Source: a virus
Strand: one strand, 5' to 3'
Length of the DNA stretch: 64,000 nt
IMG/VR virus record: IMGVR_UViG_3300028844_005117
Span: 1 to 64,000 of that record
The notes beneath the pieces were generated by a model that saw nothing but the letters and a program-made list of their open reading frames with translations, was not told the DNA's origin and ran no database searches. Made by a program: the position numbers and the translations under genes. The number at the start of each line of letters is the position of its first letter. The first letter of the stretch is position 1. This document shows, piece after piece, positions 38,887-49,011 of the stretch.

Positions 38887-39110
38887 TATGCTTGTTTAAC
38901 TAATTTGTATTTAGCGTAATGAATCTTATCACCAAATTTATTTACTCCTTCTACAACCTCAGTAGTAATCTCATGTCCATCTTTCTTCAATGAGAAGATG
39001 GTTGCAGCCAATCTAGTATTACCTAATTCATTGATTGCATACCATGGAGAAATTGTTCTTCCATTCTGCATTGAATCTAATACTCTTTGCTTGTGTGTTA
39101 CTTTTGCCAT
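38886..39110 (-). CDS. small winged helix-turn-helix protein
   Basis: ISPWYAINELGNTRLAATIFSLKKDGHEI; TATATTTG at 39142-39149. Confidence 0.7.
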   Translation of the reverse strand: MAKVTHKQRVLDSMQNGRTISPWYAINELGNTRLAATIFSLKKDGHEITTEVVEGVNKFGDKIHYAKYKLVKQA

Positions 39111-39176
39111 AATTTTAATTGTTAATTAATTATTTAGATTACAAATATACGAAATACTTTTTAATAAAACAAATAA

Positions 39177-39311
39177 TTATTTATCTTTTTTTAATGAATT
39201 TATAAATGCTCTAATTTCTGCACCTAATGACATATCGTTAGGGTTTTTATCAGCTAAGGCTTTGATTGCTGAAATACATTCGTTAACAATAAATGATTCT
39301 TTAGTTTTCAT
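39177..39311 (-). CDS. 44-aa protein with PNDxxLGxxIR motif (not in ORF track)
   Basis: Hand translation MKTKESFIVNEC...NPNDMSLGAEIR. Confidence 0.55.
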   Translation of the reverse strand: MKTKESFIVNECISAIKALADKNPNDMSLGAEIRAFINSLKKDK

Positions 39312-39340
39312 AATATTCAATTTTATATAAATATACAAAT

Positions 39341-39372
39341 AAAAAACGGGAAATGCAATGCAAATCCCGTTT
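39341..39372 (-). terminator. putative terminator
   Basis: aaacggga...tcccgttt with a 5' A run (T run on minus strand). Confidence 0.6.
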
Positions 39373-39403
39373 AATTATAGTTAACTCTTTAGTTTAGTTT
39401 TTA

Positions 39404-40399
39404 TTAAGCTCTAGTTCCACAAGATGGACAGAACTTAAAATTTGGTTTTTGTTTATTACCGCACTTGGTACAGTATCTTTTGACTTGTACGTCATTAACC
39501 GTATTAACCTTTTGTGATAGTGGTAACATCTTATACTTAATGGTATGGAACGGAGAACTTTCCCAGTTCATATATACCGTTTCAAGTGTTTGGTCAGAAC
39601 TAGAACCCATCTCAACTCTACCAGTCTCAATTGACTTCTTAGACCTTTTAGATTTTAAACGTTTCTTAAGTTGTGAACGACCACTTTCTTTTTGGTCTCT
39701 AGTAGAAGTCTTAACTTCCCTAAGTGGACTATTAAGTATTTCTCTACTATATTCTTGGTCCATCCAATCCAAAGTAACTTCACCGTTGGTGGTTGTTGTA
39801 TTAGAGATTGAAGTTAAACCAAGTGTACCATCATTAATAGCACCCATTAATGGTACATCAGTAGCGTGATAATTTGTGTTGATGTTGTCAGCACTTAAAT
39901 TGAATGTACTACGCTTAGTACCAGTATTTTCTCTTATATTCGGACCACCAAATGTATTGGTAAGAGTATGTGGATAATTATACCAAGTAGTAGTATTACC
40001 ACCACCTAAAAAGGTTGATGTGTGGGTGATACTAAGTTCTTTATAGAACTCCACATTAAAATCTCCATTGTCTTCAATTGCTTTTCTCGTCTCAGACGTG
40101 TTTGCAACCTCGTACGTGTCGAATTTAAACTTTCTTGCTACATCGATGTATCTATCAAGAAAAACTCGCTGTGCTGGCTTTAAAACAAGCCCACCTTGTG
40201 CGATTGGTTTTCCGTTTAGGGAAATCTTTGCTAAGATTGTGTCTTTAGTTGGATTAAATAGTTCGATTTGGAACTCTTGCCCTTTTGTTAGATAGTAAGT
40301 TGGGACTTCTGAATTCTTACCATAAACTTTCATCCTACTTTTGTTGATAGCTAGATTAGCTGTGGGCGTAGGTATCCCTTGTTTTGTTTGTTTGTACAT
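39404..40399 (-). CDS. hypothetical protein with C-terminal zinc ribbon
   Basis: EFQIELFNP...RVFLDRY; IETGRVEMG; CTKCG...CPSCG. Confidence 0.8.
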   Translation of the reverse strand: MYKQTKQGIPTPTANLAINKSRMKVYGKNSEVPTYYLTKGQEFQIELFNPTKDTILAKISLNGKPIAQGGLVLKPAQRVFLDRYIDVARKFKFDTYEVANTSETRKAIEDNGDFNVEFYKELSITHTSTFLGGGNTTTWYNYPHTLTNTFGGPNIRENTGTKRSTFNLSADNINTNYHATDVPLMGAINDGTLGLTSISNTTTTNGEVTLDWMDQEYSREILNSPLREVKTSTRDQKESGRSQLKKRLKSKRSKKSIETGRVEMGSSSDQTLETVYMNWESSPFHTIKYKMLPLSQKVNTVNDVQVKRYCTKCGNKQKPNFKFCPSCGTRA

Positions 40400-40560
40400 A
40401 ATTTACTTTTTAATATATGTTATTATCGTACCAATCTTTTTACTTCCTAAAAAGTTCTAAAGCCAAATGAATGACTCAAGACTAATACTAGAGTTAACTT
40501 GCACTAATATACTACAACACTTAAATAAGTCAAGTAAAAAATTAAATTATTTTTGGGTGA

Positions 40561-40803
40561 TTACATGTAAGCCCCGTCTGGTGTGTTATTCGGACCATCA
40601 AGATTTCTACCTTTTTTTCTTAGACCATCTTGAAAGACTTTAATTAATTGTGGTGGCATTTCTTCTTTACCACCTAAGTCGTAATCGATTAAGTCACATA
40701 ACATACCTAATACCTCATGTTCAGTAAATGTAACTGGTGATGGAAGACTCTCATTTAGGAGTCTTTTATTTGCTACTTCTATTAATCTTTTTTTTGTGCT
40801 CAT
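40561..40803 (-). CDS. hypothetical late protein
   Basis: ANKRLLNES N-terminal motif. Confidence 0.6.
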   Translation of the reverse strand: MSTKKRLIEVANKRLLNESLPSPVTFTEHEVLGMLCDLIDYDLGGKEEMPPQLIKVFQDGLRKKGRNLDGPNNTPDGAYM

Positions 40804-40804
40804 A

Positions 40805-42205
40805 TTATTGTGAAATTCTTAAATTACTTTCACTTACAATGTCGAATGAAATAGTATCCTTAATGGTTGTTACTTCATTGTTTGATGATACCTTAACGTC
40901 TAAGTAATATGTGTTAGGGATAAGACTCTCAGTGTGTAGTAAGAAGTAATTAGCATTGTTTGACATCTCCACATCTTGGAAGTCAATTACTGTTAATTCA
41001 TTTCTACCTTCTTTAACATAAAGTCTGTATTGCATACCGTTTACCAATTCTGTTTGGTTGGTTGTGTATGGGATTCTAGCTGATACATTTACACGTCTAA
41101 TATCACCCCTTTTGATTCTCTCATCTCTTCTGATACCAGATACGTTGAAAGCGTACTTCTTAGGTGAATTATTGTTATCACCAATATTGTAATATTCATT
41201 ACCATCAACCAAAGGAATATCTAGTATAATATCTGGTCTAGTAACACCATTGATGGTGATATTACTCCATACGTCAGTGAATATACCACAGTCAGTAGTA
41301 GCACTAGATGAAGGGATGATTGCATCAATACAATAAACACCCTTTGTTACATGTGTTACATTGGTAATACTTGAATATACAACATCATTATCATCCTTAA
41401 TCTGTACAGTTGGTAGAGAATCAAGGTTAGTTGGTTCACCTCCTATATTCACATATAAATAAAGTTTATTATTCTTATCTAAATAAAAGTTTGACCTATC
41501 ATCATTAATATGACAATCGTATACAGTTTCTACATATGGTTCATAGAATGTTTGCGTGTGTCTTGTAAAGAACCCAACATATTGTGGGTTTACAGTATCA
41601 GTAACCTCGAATGGTCTAGAATATGCAATACCTAATCCGTAATTTGTATCACCCGTTAAGTATCCGTTTACGATATCAGAAATATCTAAACTAATATTTT
41701 CATTACCCTTATCAAAGTGTATTGTTGCTAATGCTGTTGTACTACCAGTATATGTACCATTACCACCAGACCAAGGTACTAATGATTGTGCCTCAGTCCA
41801 ATTAGATGGTGCTGAACTAGTAGATGAACCACCACCTATGAAGTTACAGTCACCATAATCATAACCACATCCTTCATCCCAAGTTTGGTCCATTGAGAAT
41901 AAAATAAGGTCAAATGAACAACTTCTATCTTTACCATCACATGTTGTACTACCTAAAAGTTCTAAGTCAAAGGCACCAGTGTTGGTTAAATTAAGTGTGT
42001 GTTTAAGTTTTGTGATGTCAGCGTATGTACCACCAGTATATAAAGTTTTTAGGGTAGTTTCATCGAAATAGAATAAAAATCTACTGTACTGATTAGCAGC
42101 ACCAGTCCCACCGTAAAATAATTCAGTTACAGGGTTTAGTCCAGTATTAGTTAAACTGTTATATACTATTGTATTGTTTTTATCAAAATAAGTGCGTACT
42201 ACCAT
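40805..42205 (-). CDS. virion structural protein (beta-rich)
   Basis: Late motif at 42219-42226; T/N/D-rich; next to the baseplate spike gene. Confidence 0.6.
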   Translation of the reverse strand: MVVRTYFDKNNTIVYNSLTNTGLNPVTELFYGGTGAANQYSRFLFYFDETTLKTLYTGGTYADITKLKHTLNLTNTGAFDLELLGSTTCDGKDRSCSFDLILFSMDQTWDEGCGYDYGDCNFIGGGSSTSSAPSNWTEAQSLVPWSGGNGTYTGSTTALATIHFDKGNENISLDISDIVNGYLTGDTNYGLGIAYSRPFEVTDTVNPQYVGFFTRHTQTFYEPYVETVYDCHINDDRSNFYLDKNNKLYLYVNIGGEPTNLDSLPTVQIKDDNDVVYSSITNVTHVTKGVYCIDAIIPSSSATTDCGIFTDVWSNITINGVTRPDIILDIPLVDGNEYYNIGDNNNSPKKYAFNVSGIRRDERIKRGDIRRVNVSARIPYTTNQTELVNGMQYRLYVKEGRNELTVIDFQDVEMSNNANYFLLHTESLIPNTYYLDVKVSSNNEVTTIKDTISFDIVSESNLRISQ

Positions 42206-42236
42206 CTTCTTCTTTTATTATAAATACCTATAAATG

Positions 42237-43232
42237 TTAGTTAATACGTATGTTTTTAGATAATATTTGAGCTAAATCATACTCATTCATATTTTGAATT
42301 GCAACAGCAGCGTCAGATTGACCTTCGGAGTGTGCTGGTAGACCTGGGTACTTATGGTTATGATTACCAACAGCAACTTTAACCAATTCAAGAAATTCAA
42401 GAAGTTTATCACCGAATACCAATGGGTGTGCTTCCTCTAAAATCCTTTGCATTTCTTTATCACTAATCAAGTTATCTTGGTTGGTTAAATTGAATCTAGG
42501 TTCACCCTCTTTATGTGTTAATAAGTTTATCTTGTTTGATACTACATTAGTTATCGTACCAAATTCTTTAGAGTCATTTTCATCCTCTGGAACATTTATT
42601 TGAGCATTATATTTAACTTGGATAAATCCTTGAGTTCTTGAATTAAACTTATAATTTAATTTATTATCAAATTCATCATCACTACGACTATTATTAGCGT
42701 TATCTTCTGGGAATACAAATTTACCAGCCCTAATAAGAACTTCATCATCTTTAAGGATTAAATCTGAATTCTTTCTTCCTTGAATAGCTATGTCTGCCTT
42801 ATCTGGATAACCACCCTTAATTTTTCTCCTTTGTGTTGGTGCTGGTCCTAATTTCCTTGAACCGAATGAAAAGGCATTCCAAGCTTCTAATTGATGGTCT
42901 GCATCATACAAGTCTTGTGGTTGACTCACAATTGGTCCCATATACATAGTGTCTATGGTTTTATCATCACTATTAAAACTAAATAATAGAACTGCTTCTT
43001 CAAGTTTTGGTACGATATTAAGGTGTTTAGGTAACATTGGAAAAGCAATAATAGTTTTGTTAGTATTGTCATCATTATCATCCTTATCGGTTCCTTGAAT
43101 CCTAACTTGTATTCTACCAGCATCATCTTTATCCACTATAGAGGTTACAATACCCCTTCTAATTAGAGGTATCCCATTTGGACCTTGGTAAGCATTACCA
43201 CCACTACGTGTATATTTTCCGTTAAAATACAT
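42237..43232 (-). CDS. baseplate hub/central spike protein (gp5/gpV OB-fold-like)
   Basis: GIVTSIVD...GRIQVRI...VPKLEEAV N-terminal OB pattern; C-terminal NHNH. Confidence 0.7.
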   Translation of the reverse strand: MYFNGKYTRSGGNAYQGPNGIPLIRRGIVTSIVDKDDAGRIQVRIQGTDKDDNDDNTNKTIIAFPMLPKHLNIVPKLEEAVLLFSFNSDDKTIDTMYMGPIVSQPQDLYDADHQLEAWNAFSFGSRKLGPAPTQRRKIKGGYPDKADIAIQGRKNSDLILKDDEVLIRAGKFVFPEDNANNSRSDDEFDNKLNYKFNSRTQGFIQVKYNAQINVPEDENDSKEFGTITNVVSNKINLLTHKEGEPRFNLTNQDNLISDKEMQRILEEAHPLVFGDKLLEFLELVKVAVGNHNHKYPGLPAHSEGQSDAAVAIQNMNEYDLAQILSKNIRIN

Positions 43233-43453
43233 TATACCTCACCTTTTAATCTCTTAACAATTATTGCATTATCCTCATTGAATCTAGATTCAATATCTTC
43301 CAACTTAGCAAAATCTTTCTTCATCTTAACTTTAAGTGCTTCAATTGTATCATAATCCTTAACTAAACTTAGTTTAAGATTTTCATGTTCTACCTGTAAT
43401 TGTTTAATTTCAAGTAATATTTCGTTGTTTGACTTTTCTTCTAATCTACTCAT
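43232..43453 (-). CDS. small coiled-coil protein
   Basis: ORF coupled within the operon. Confidence 0.65.
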   Translation of the reverse strand: MSRLEEKSNNEILLEIKQLQVEHENLKLSLVKDYDTIEALKVKMKKDFAKLEDIESRFNEDNAIIVKRLKGEV

Positions 43454-43457
43454 AACA

Positions 43458-43904
43458 TTATCTAATTATTCCGTTCGCCTCTTTATAGTTGGTTGTATAA
43501 CCTTGTATTATTACTGGGGCACCGTAGTTACCAGCACCAACACCAGTTAATGAAATACCAGGTGGTACCACAATATCAACCTTAGCCTCAGTTTGTATCG
43601 AACTAACCATTTCCTCACACATAATAGTAATTAAACCTTCCATTGGGTTCTCACCATCACCCCAAATATCACCACTCGGTGCTCCAGCCTCTGATTGTCT
43701 AGATATAACCCTAGAAGCAATCTGTTTAGAGCTCATACCAGTTCTCATACTCCCACCAATCATAATCAATGGTGGTGGTAATGGAGTTACTGGTTCTTGC
43801 GGCATAGTAAATGCTGCAAGTATTATCTGAATAATACTATTAATAGACCCCATGTCAACCGATGATTTTGGTCCAGCTTTCTGTGTACTTTTTTTATTAC
43901 TCAT
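43458..43904 (-). CDS. putative baseplate/structural protein
   Basis: PPPL, VVPPGI...GAGNYGAPV; operon context. Confidence 0.55.
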   Translation of the reverse strand: MSNKKSTQKAGPKSSVDMGSINSIIQIILAAFTMPQEPVTPLPPPLIMIGGSMRTGMSSKQIASRVISRQSEAGAPSGDIWGDGENPMEGLITIMCEEMVSSIQTEAKVDIVVPPGISLTGVGAGNYGAPVIIQGYTTNYKEANGIIR

Positions 43905-45334
43905 TATAATCCTTGTATCATTCTTATCACTTCTTGTGGAACACCCACAAGACTTAGTATTTGAGCCACTTTAGCCTTCCCCTTTTCTTTTTGTATTTCA
44001 CCTTGTGAAACCCCAACTAAAATCGTTATTTCTTTTAAAGCTTTGGTTAATAATATCTCAACAATTTCATTTCTAATTGTATCTGCAACTACCTTAATAA
44101 GATTTTTATTTTGCTTCATGAAATCAATAGCATTTGTATAGGTTTCATTTGGACCATAAACTATCTTATAATTTATTAAAAATATACTAATAATTTTAGG
44201 TGAAAGAATGAAGCTAACAATACTAGTTATTAGGTTCTCGATTAGATTCTCAATAAAATTTAATTCAAGTGTATGGGTATCTTTACTACTACTTGCTTGA
44301 CCACCTATCTCACTAGATGCATTACTGATAGCATTATCAATAGCTACCTTTTGTTCTTGACTTGTTGTTGCACCACTAATTTCATTATTTATATTAACAA
44401 TCGTATTTGGTGATATGCTAACGGGTAATCTACCACATGATTCAATAACCTTAATACCCTTCTGCCTAAGAGTTGCAGACTCTTCTTGTGTTGCAATCTC
44501 TTCGTTAGTAAAGGTAAAGAAAGAGTCATCAATCACATCATCGTCATCAGCATTTATAATAGACTTGATAATGTCTTTGATTTGTTCTTCTTTAGTTAAT
44601 TGTTTTGTAGTCTTATTAAGTTGGACTGATATACTACCAAATATAGCATCTAAAATACCATTTAATAAATTCTTAGCATCAAATAAATCAATAGAATCAA
44701 TGAAAGTATTGTTAAACTCAGTTAACTTCTTATTATCAAAATCACTATTGGCGTTAAATGTAAGTGTATTGTTGGGTGTTGGGTCCACATTTACCGAATC
44801 AAATCTTATATCAAAGATGGATGGTGAATTTCCCCAAGTTTCTGGAACACCTTCATTTTGTATTGTACCATATAAAAATGTATTATAATCGGTACTATTT
44901 GTTAATGGGTTTGCTGTTGTATCTGTGTATATAAAGGCACCCTCAGTTGTAGTTGGATTGGTTTTTAGTACATCAAAAAAATCAATTTTATTAACCTCAG
45001 TGACAATACCTACACCACTAGATTTTATATACGCTGGGATAGATGGGTCAACACCACAATTAACCAATTCCTTAAGGGATTGTTTCATTACGGTTTTAAT
45101 TTTTTCCTCCATCTCATCTAGATTAAAGGATAGGGTATCAACAATAACTTCACGCAAGTCTTCAAGACCAATTAATGACTTTAATAGGTCAACTAAGAAT
45201 GCAACGCTATCCCCATCATTATTTATTGATGGGAAAGATGATGTAAGTGAATTTAAATCTGGTAACCCTTCACTCAATACTCTTGCAGCGGCAATGTTAC
45301 CAAATACATCACTTTTTTGGTCAATTATCCCCAT
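43904..45334 (-). CDS. putative structural protein
   Basis: 476-aa ORF in a late operon. Confidence 0.6.
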   Translation of the reverse strand: MGIIDQKSDVFGNIAAARVLSEGLPDLNSLTSSFPSINNDGDSVAFLVDLLKSLIGLEDLREVIVDTLSFNLDEMEEKIKTVMKQSLKELVNCGVDPSIPAYIKSSGVGIVTEVNKIDFFDVLKTNPTTTEGAFIYTDTTANPLTNSTDYNTFLYGTIQNEGVPETWGNSPSIFDIRFDSVNVDPTPNNTLTFNANSDFDNKKLTEFNNTFIDSIDLFDAKNLLNGILDAIFGSISVQLNKTTKQLTKEEQIKDIIKSIINADDDDVIDDSFFTFTNEEIATQEESATLRQKGIKVIESCGRLPVSISPNTIVNINNEISGATTSQEQKVAIDNAISNASSEIGGQASSSKDTHTLELNFIENLIENLITSIVSFILSPKIISIFLINYKIVYGPNETYTNAIDFMKQNKNLIKVVADTIRNEIVEILLTKALKEITILVGVSQGEIQKEKGKAKVAQILSLVGVPQEVIRMIQGL

Positions 45335-45339
45335 AAGTA

Positions 45340-45735
45340 TTAGTTTTTATCTTGCTCGTTATTATCTTGTATATCTTGGTCTTTATTAAGCATTTCTCTA
45401 ATACTCTTGAAGTCTTCTAAATTAGCTTTACCTTCCGACCTTTCGTCAACAGCCTTGTCTACATTACCACTATGCTTAATGATATCACTTTGAAGTTTAG
45501 CAACCTCTAGTTTAATCTTGATAGCAGAATCTTTAACCTTCTGTGCATCAGTTTTACTCTTAGCTATCTTTGAAGCGTCTTCTACGTCCTCTGGGGTAGT
45601 AGATGCATCGATAACATTAATAGTCTTCTGTGCGTCAGTTATTTGTGAACACGCATCATTATATACCTCTTGCATTAGACCTTCTAATGAAGTGGAGTTG
45701 TTAACTTTAACTTGTTGTTTCTTTTTTCTTGGCAA
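45340..45735 (-). CDS. helical hypothetical protein (TTG start)
   Basis: ORF; late-type motif about 70 nt upstream. Confidence 0.65.
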   Translation of the reverse strand: MPRKKKQQVKVNNSTSLEGLMQEVYNDACSQITDAQKTINVIDASTTPEDVEDASKIAKSKTDAQKVKDSAIKIKLEVAKLQSDIIKHSGNVDKAVDERSEGKANLEDFKSIREMLNKDQDIQDNNEQDKN

Positions 45736-45810
45736 AATTTATAGTTTTTAATAATTATTAGTTTTATTGAGGTTTCCCTCATAGACATAATATTCCTTTA
45801 TTAATAAATA

Positions 45811-46596
45811 TCAACCATATGGGTTTTCCTCAAACCCGTCTTCAAGACCATCAAATTTTAATATATCATAGAGTATTCTATATCTTTTCATAGACACTCT
45901 AATATCCTTAGTTGATAGTCTAGAACAGTTCCTCATGGTTTCGAGCCATTGGTTTTTATTGTATTTAGCACCACCCTTCATATCATCGAAAACGGTTTCC
46001 CATTGTTCTAAGATATCAATTAGACAATAACCGACCTTTATCTCATTGTCAGTTAATTTTTTCTTGTCTGGATTAGTGTCCAACATTTCGGCTTCAACCT
46101 CAATGATGATTTTATTAATAAAATCCTTCATATTAAGACCGTTACCGTCTAGTGAATAACTTAAATTACCATTTGATTCTAACCTTTCGTAGTTCTCATC
46201 GAAGGACGCAAATTGTTTTAAATTTCTATCGTCTTTCTGGAGTATTCCTATCAAATAATTTTTAACTATAGTACCGTAGTACGAGTAAGCTTTCTTTCCC
46301 TTTGACGGCTCAAATTTAGCCGCCTTGGTTATTAGAAATGAAATTGTATCAGTATGTGATTCCTCAAAGCTGATACCCTTTCTATGTAAACCATAAGTTC
46401 TGATAATCGACTCAACCATTTTATTGATTGGATGATACAGAAACTTATTATAAATCATGTTTCTCTCTATTTGGTCGTCAGATTCTAAAAATCTAACTAC
46501 CGCTTCTTCTTGCTCTGGACCGAAATACAAATCATTTTTCCTTTTCCTACCCCTTTTTTTAGGTTCAGAATTGGGTTTGTTTTCAGCTTTTCCCAT
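45811..46596 (-). CDS. phage sigma factor (T4 gp55-like late sigma candidate)
   Basis: KFEPSKGKKAYSYYGTIVKN resembles sigma region 2.3-2.4; no clear region 4. Confidence 0.65.
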   Translation of the reverse strand: MGKAENKPNSEPKKRGRKRKNDLYFGPEQEEAVVRFLESDDQIERNMIYNKFLYHPINKMVESIIRTYGLHRKGISFEESHTDTISFLITKAAKFEPSKGKKAYSYYGTIVKNYLIGILQKDDRNLKQFASFDENYERLESNGNLSYSLDGNGLNMKDFINKIIIEVEAEMLDTNPDKKKLTDNEIKVGYCLIDILEQWETVFDDMKGGAKYNKNQWLETMRNCSRLSTKDIRVSMKRYRILYDILKFDGLEDGFEENPYG

Positions 46597-47493
46597 TTAG
46601 TTAGTTTCTTCGTAATCTACAACTCTATCTTGTTCAAAATAGTATTCTTTCTTAGCTTGTGATAACCACCACTTACTTTCTACTGGGTCTAACTCAGCTT
46701 TGTAAGAATGGAATAAGGAACCAACTCTTTGATTAAGGTGTTTATATCCAAATTTAGGAATAACAAATATCTTATTATCTTTGAATGTCATTCTAAGTAA
46801 GAACTCATAAATGAATGTAAGTTTTATATTTGATTTAAGACCACCGAAGTCTTCGAATAATGATTTTTTAATTACTGAACCATCAATGTTGAAGTTCTGA
46901 TATGTAAGTAATGCTCCATTATCAAGGATACCCATTTCTTCTGAGAAACTTTGAGCCCATACAGCCTCGTTGGTAAGTCCAATGAATTGAGTTTGCTCAT
47001 TTACATCCACAATTAATGGTAAGAACATATCCACATCTGAATGTGCTGCTCTATATTCCACAACATTCTTAAACCAAATTTTAGCGTATTCATCATCTAA
47101 TTCTAAGATGGATACCCACTCAGTTTTAGCAACTTCAACCCCTAAGTTAATTTGAGATGAGAAATCAGTCTTACCATCGTTTTCAACAATAGTAACAATA
47201 CTCTTAATCGCACCAAAATCATACTTACTTAACTCTTTAAATACATCACTACCTTTAGGTACAATGATTAAAACTGCATCTGGTTTAGTCATTTGGTCTT
47301 CAATACTCTTTACTGCGTTAGCAAATAAAGTTCTCGTATCATCAGTTAATTCGTGAACTGGTAATAATACTGAAATATCTGTTTTGACTGTTTTCTTTTT
47401 AACTGCTACTTTTTTGGTTGCTGTCTTCTTGGTTGTAGTCTTCTTAGCTGTAGCCTTCTTAGCTGTAGCCTTTTTGTTTGTTTTCTTTTCCAT
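46597..47493 (-). CDS. GT2-family glycosyltransferase with Lys/Ala/Thr-rich N-terminal tail
   Basis: ISVLLPVH, SILELDD; N-terminal KKATA repeats. Confidence 0.8.
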   Translation of the reverse strand: MEKKTNKKATAKKATAKKTTTKKTATKKVAVKKKTVKTDISVLLPVHELTDDTRTLFANAVKSIEDQMTKPDAVLIIVPKGSDVFKELSKYDFGAIKSIVTIVENDGKTDFSSQINLGVEVAKTEWVSILELDDEYAKIWFKNVVEYRAAHSDVDMFLPLIVDVNEQTQFIGLTNEAVWAQSFSEEMGILDNGALLTYQNFNIDGSVIKKSLFEDFGGLKSNIKLTFIYEFLLRMTFKDNKIFVIPKFGYKHLNQRVGSLFHSYKAELDPVESKWWLSQAKKEYYFEQDRVVDYEETN

Positions 47494-47495
47494 AA

Positions 47496-48620
47496 TTATG
47501 CTTTTGTTTCTACGTTAGTTTCTTTAGGTACCATAGCAACCACTTCTTCTCTTCTTGAAGCAACAATGTTTCCATAAGTTTCCTCAATAGCTTTTCTTTG
47601 CTTTTCTAATGTGTAAGTCCCTCTAGTTTCTGCCATACCATCTAATAAACCTTGTGGTACTGAATCTTCAAACCAAACCTTCATATATGTTCCAATTAAT
47701 TCTGGAATATTAAGTGTTGTGTTTGTCCAAACACCATTATTTTTAAGTGTAGTTTCACCCTTATCTGATGTTTCTTCCATCCATTCTGGAATCATGTTAG
47801 GAATCTTACCAATTACTGGTGTGTTACACTCCATAGCCTCAATTGGGAATGTTCCGAACCCAGATGGGTCATCAATCCATACTGCTAAACAAGAGTTGGT
47901 TAATTCGTTTGCAAATGCTTCTTTTGGAAGACCTCTAAGTTCCTTGAATGTTACAAACTTGTAAATTGGATATTGAAGGTAGAATGATTTTGCTATTTTT
48001 TGTGCATCACCGTGATTTCTTGTTAAGATTGTCACGATAGGTTCTTTTGGTTTATCATTCATTTTGAACGAGTCAGAAATCCCAACAGGTACAATATGTG
48101 ATTTCATACCAGGAAACAGGCTATTAATATAATCAGCTTGTTTATGTGATGTTGTAATTACATCACTAAAACCATAATCCATATGCCATCTCTTTCCAAT
48201 TGGTAATAACTCTAACAAGTAATCATATGATTGTGAAAAAACAATCTTCTTACATGGGAAAGCCTTAACTTGGTCCATTACATTAGAGAATACCTCTGGG
48301 ATTATAATATAATCTGTTGGTGATACGTTTAGTTGTTGTGCCTCAATTGAAACGTGAGGTAGATTTGCATATTCCTCACCTAACCAATCTGAGATACCCA
48401 TACCTTCTTCGTTTCCACGTACTCGATAATTATTTTTCTCATGCATGATATATGCCTTATAACCTAATTCATTTAACACTTTAACGTGCTCATAAATGTT
48501 AGCAACACTAGCTACTGGGTTACCCAATGTATCTAATGTAAAAAAGTAAAATGAGAAATCTTTGCTATCTATTTTTGCAAGGAGTTCTGCTACTTGTGTT
48601 TCTGGTGTTTTATTTTCCAT
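47496..48620 (-). CDS. GT-B (GT4-like) glycosyltransferase
   Basis: GFGTFPIEAMECNTPVIG motif. Confidence 0.75.
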   Translation of the reverse strand: MENKTPETQVAELLAKIDSKDFSFYFFTLDTLGNPVASVANIYEHVKVLNELGYKAYIMHEKNNYRVRGNEEGMGISDWLGEEYANLPHVSIEAQQLNVSPTDYIIIPEVFSNVMDQVKAFPCKKIVFSQSYDYLLELLPIGKRWHMDYGFSDVITTSHKQADYINSLFPGMKSHIVPVGISDSFKMNDKPKEPIVTILTRNHGDAQKIAKSFYLQYPIYKFVTFKELRGLPKEAFANELTNSCLAVWIDDPSGFGTFPIEAMECNTPVIGKIPNMIPEWMEETSDKGETTLKNNGVWTNTTLNIPELIGTYMKVWFEDSVPQGLLDGMAETRGTYTLEKQRKAIEETYGNIVASRREEVVAMVPKETNVETKA

Positions 48621-48638
48621 TTTTTTTATTTTTTATTT

Positions 48639-49004
48639 TTATTCTTCATCAATTTCTGTTAATACCCCAAATCCAAGTAACGTATTAAACGCTATTTTAA
48701 ATGGAATTGTGGTACTCGCTAATGCTCTTTCAAAACCTAACGTCTCATCAATTTCTTCATTATATGTTAGTAAAACCTCTAAACACATTCTTAGGACATC
48801 ATACTTTGGTCCATCAATAACTTGTGTTTTTTCATATTCTCTAGTCATCACACTTGTTGAAGTTGATTTCTGACCACCAGCATCATTAGTGGTAATTTTT
48901 TCAGTTTCCGTTTCAGTAGCCATATCGTTATCACTACCGTTGGATACTATATTGGTGTATTTTTCTAAATCGATGATATAATTCTTATCACCTAAACTTA
49001 TCAT
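48639..49004 (-). CDS. hypothetical protein
   Basis: Start MISLG; PFKIAFNTL. Confidence 0.7.
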   Translation of the reverse strand: MISLGDKNYIIDLEKYTNIVSNGSDNDMATETETEKITTNDAGGQKSTSTSVMTREYEKTQVIDGPKYDVLRMCLEVLLTYNEEIDETLGFERALASTTIPFKIAFNTLLGFGVLTEIDEE

Positions 49005-49011
49005 ACCCTCA

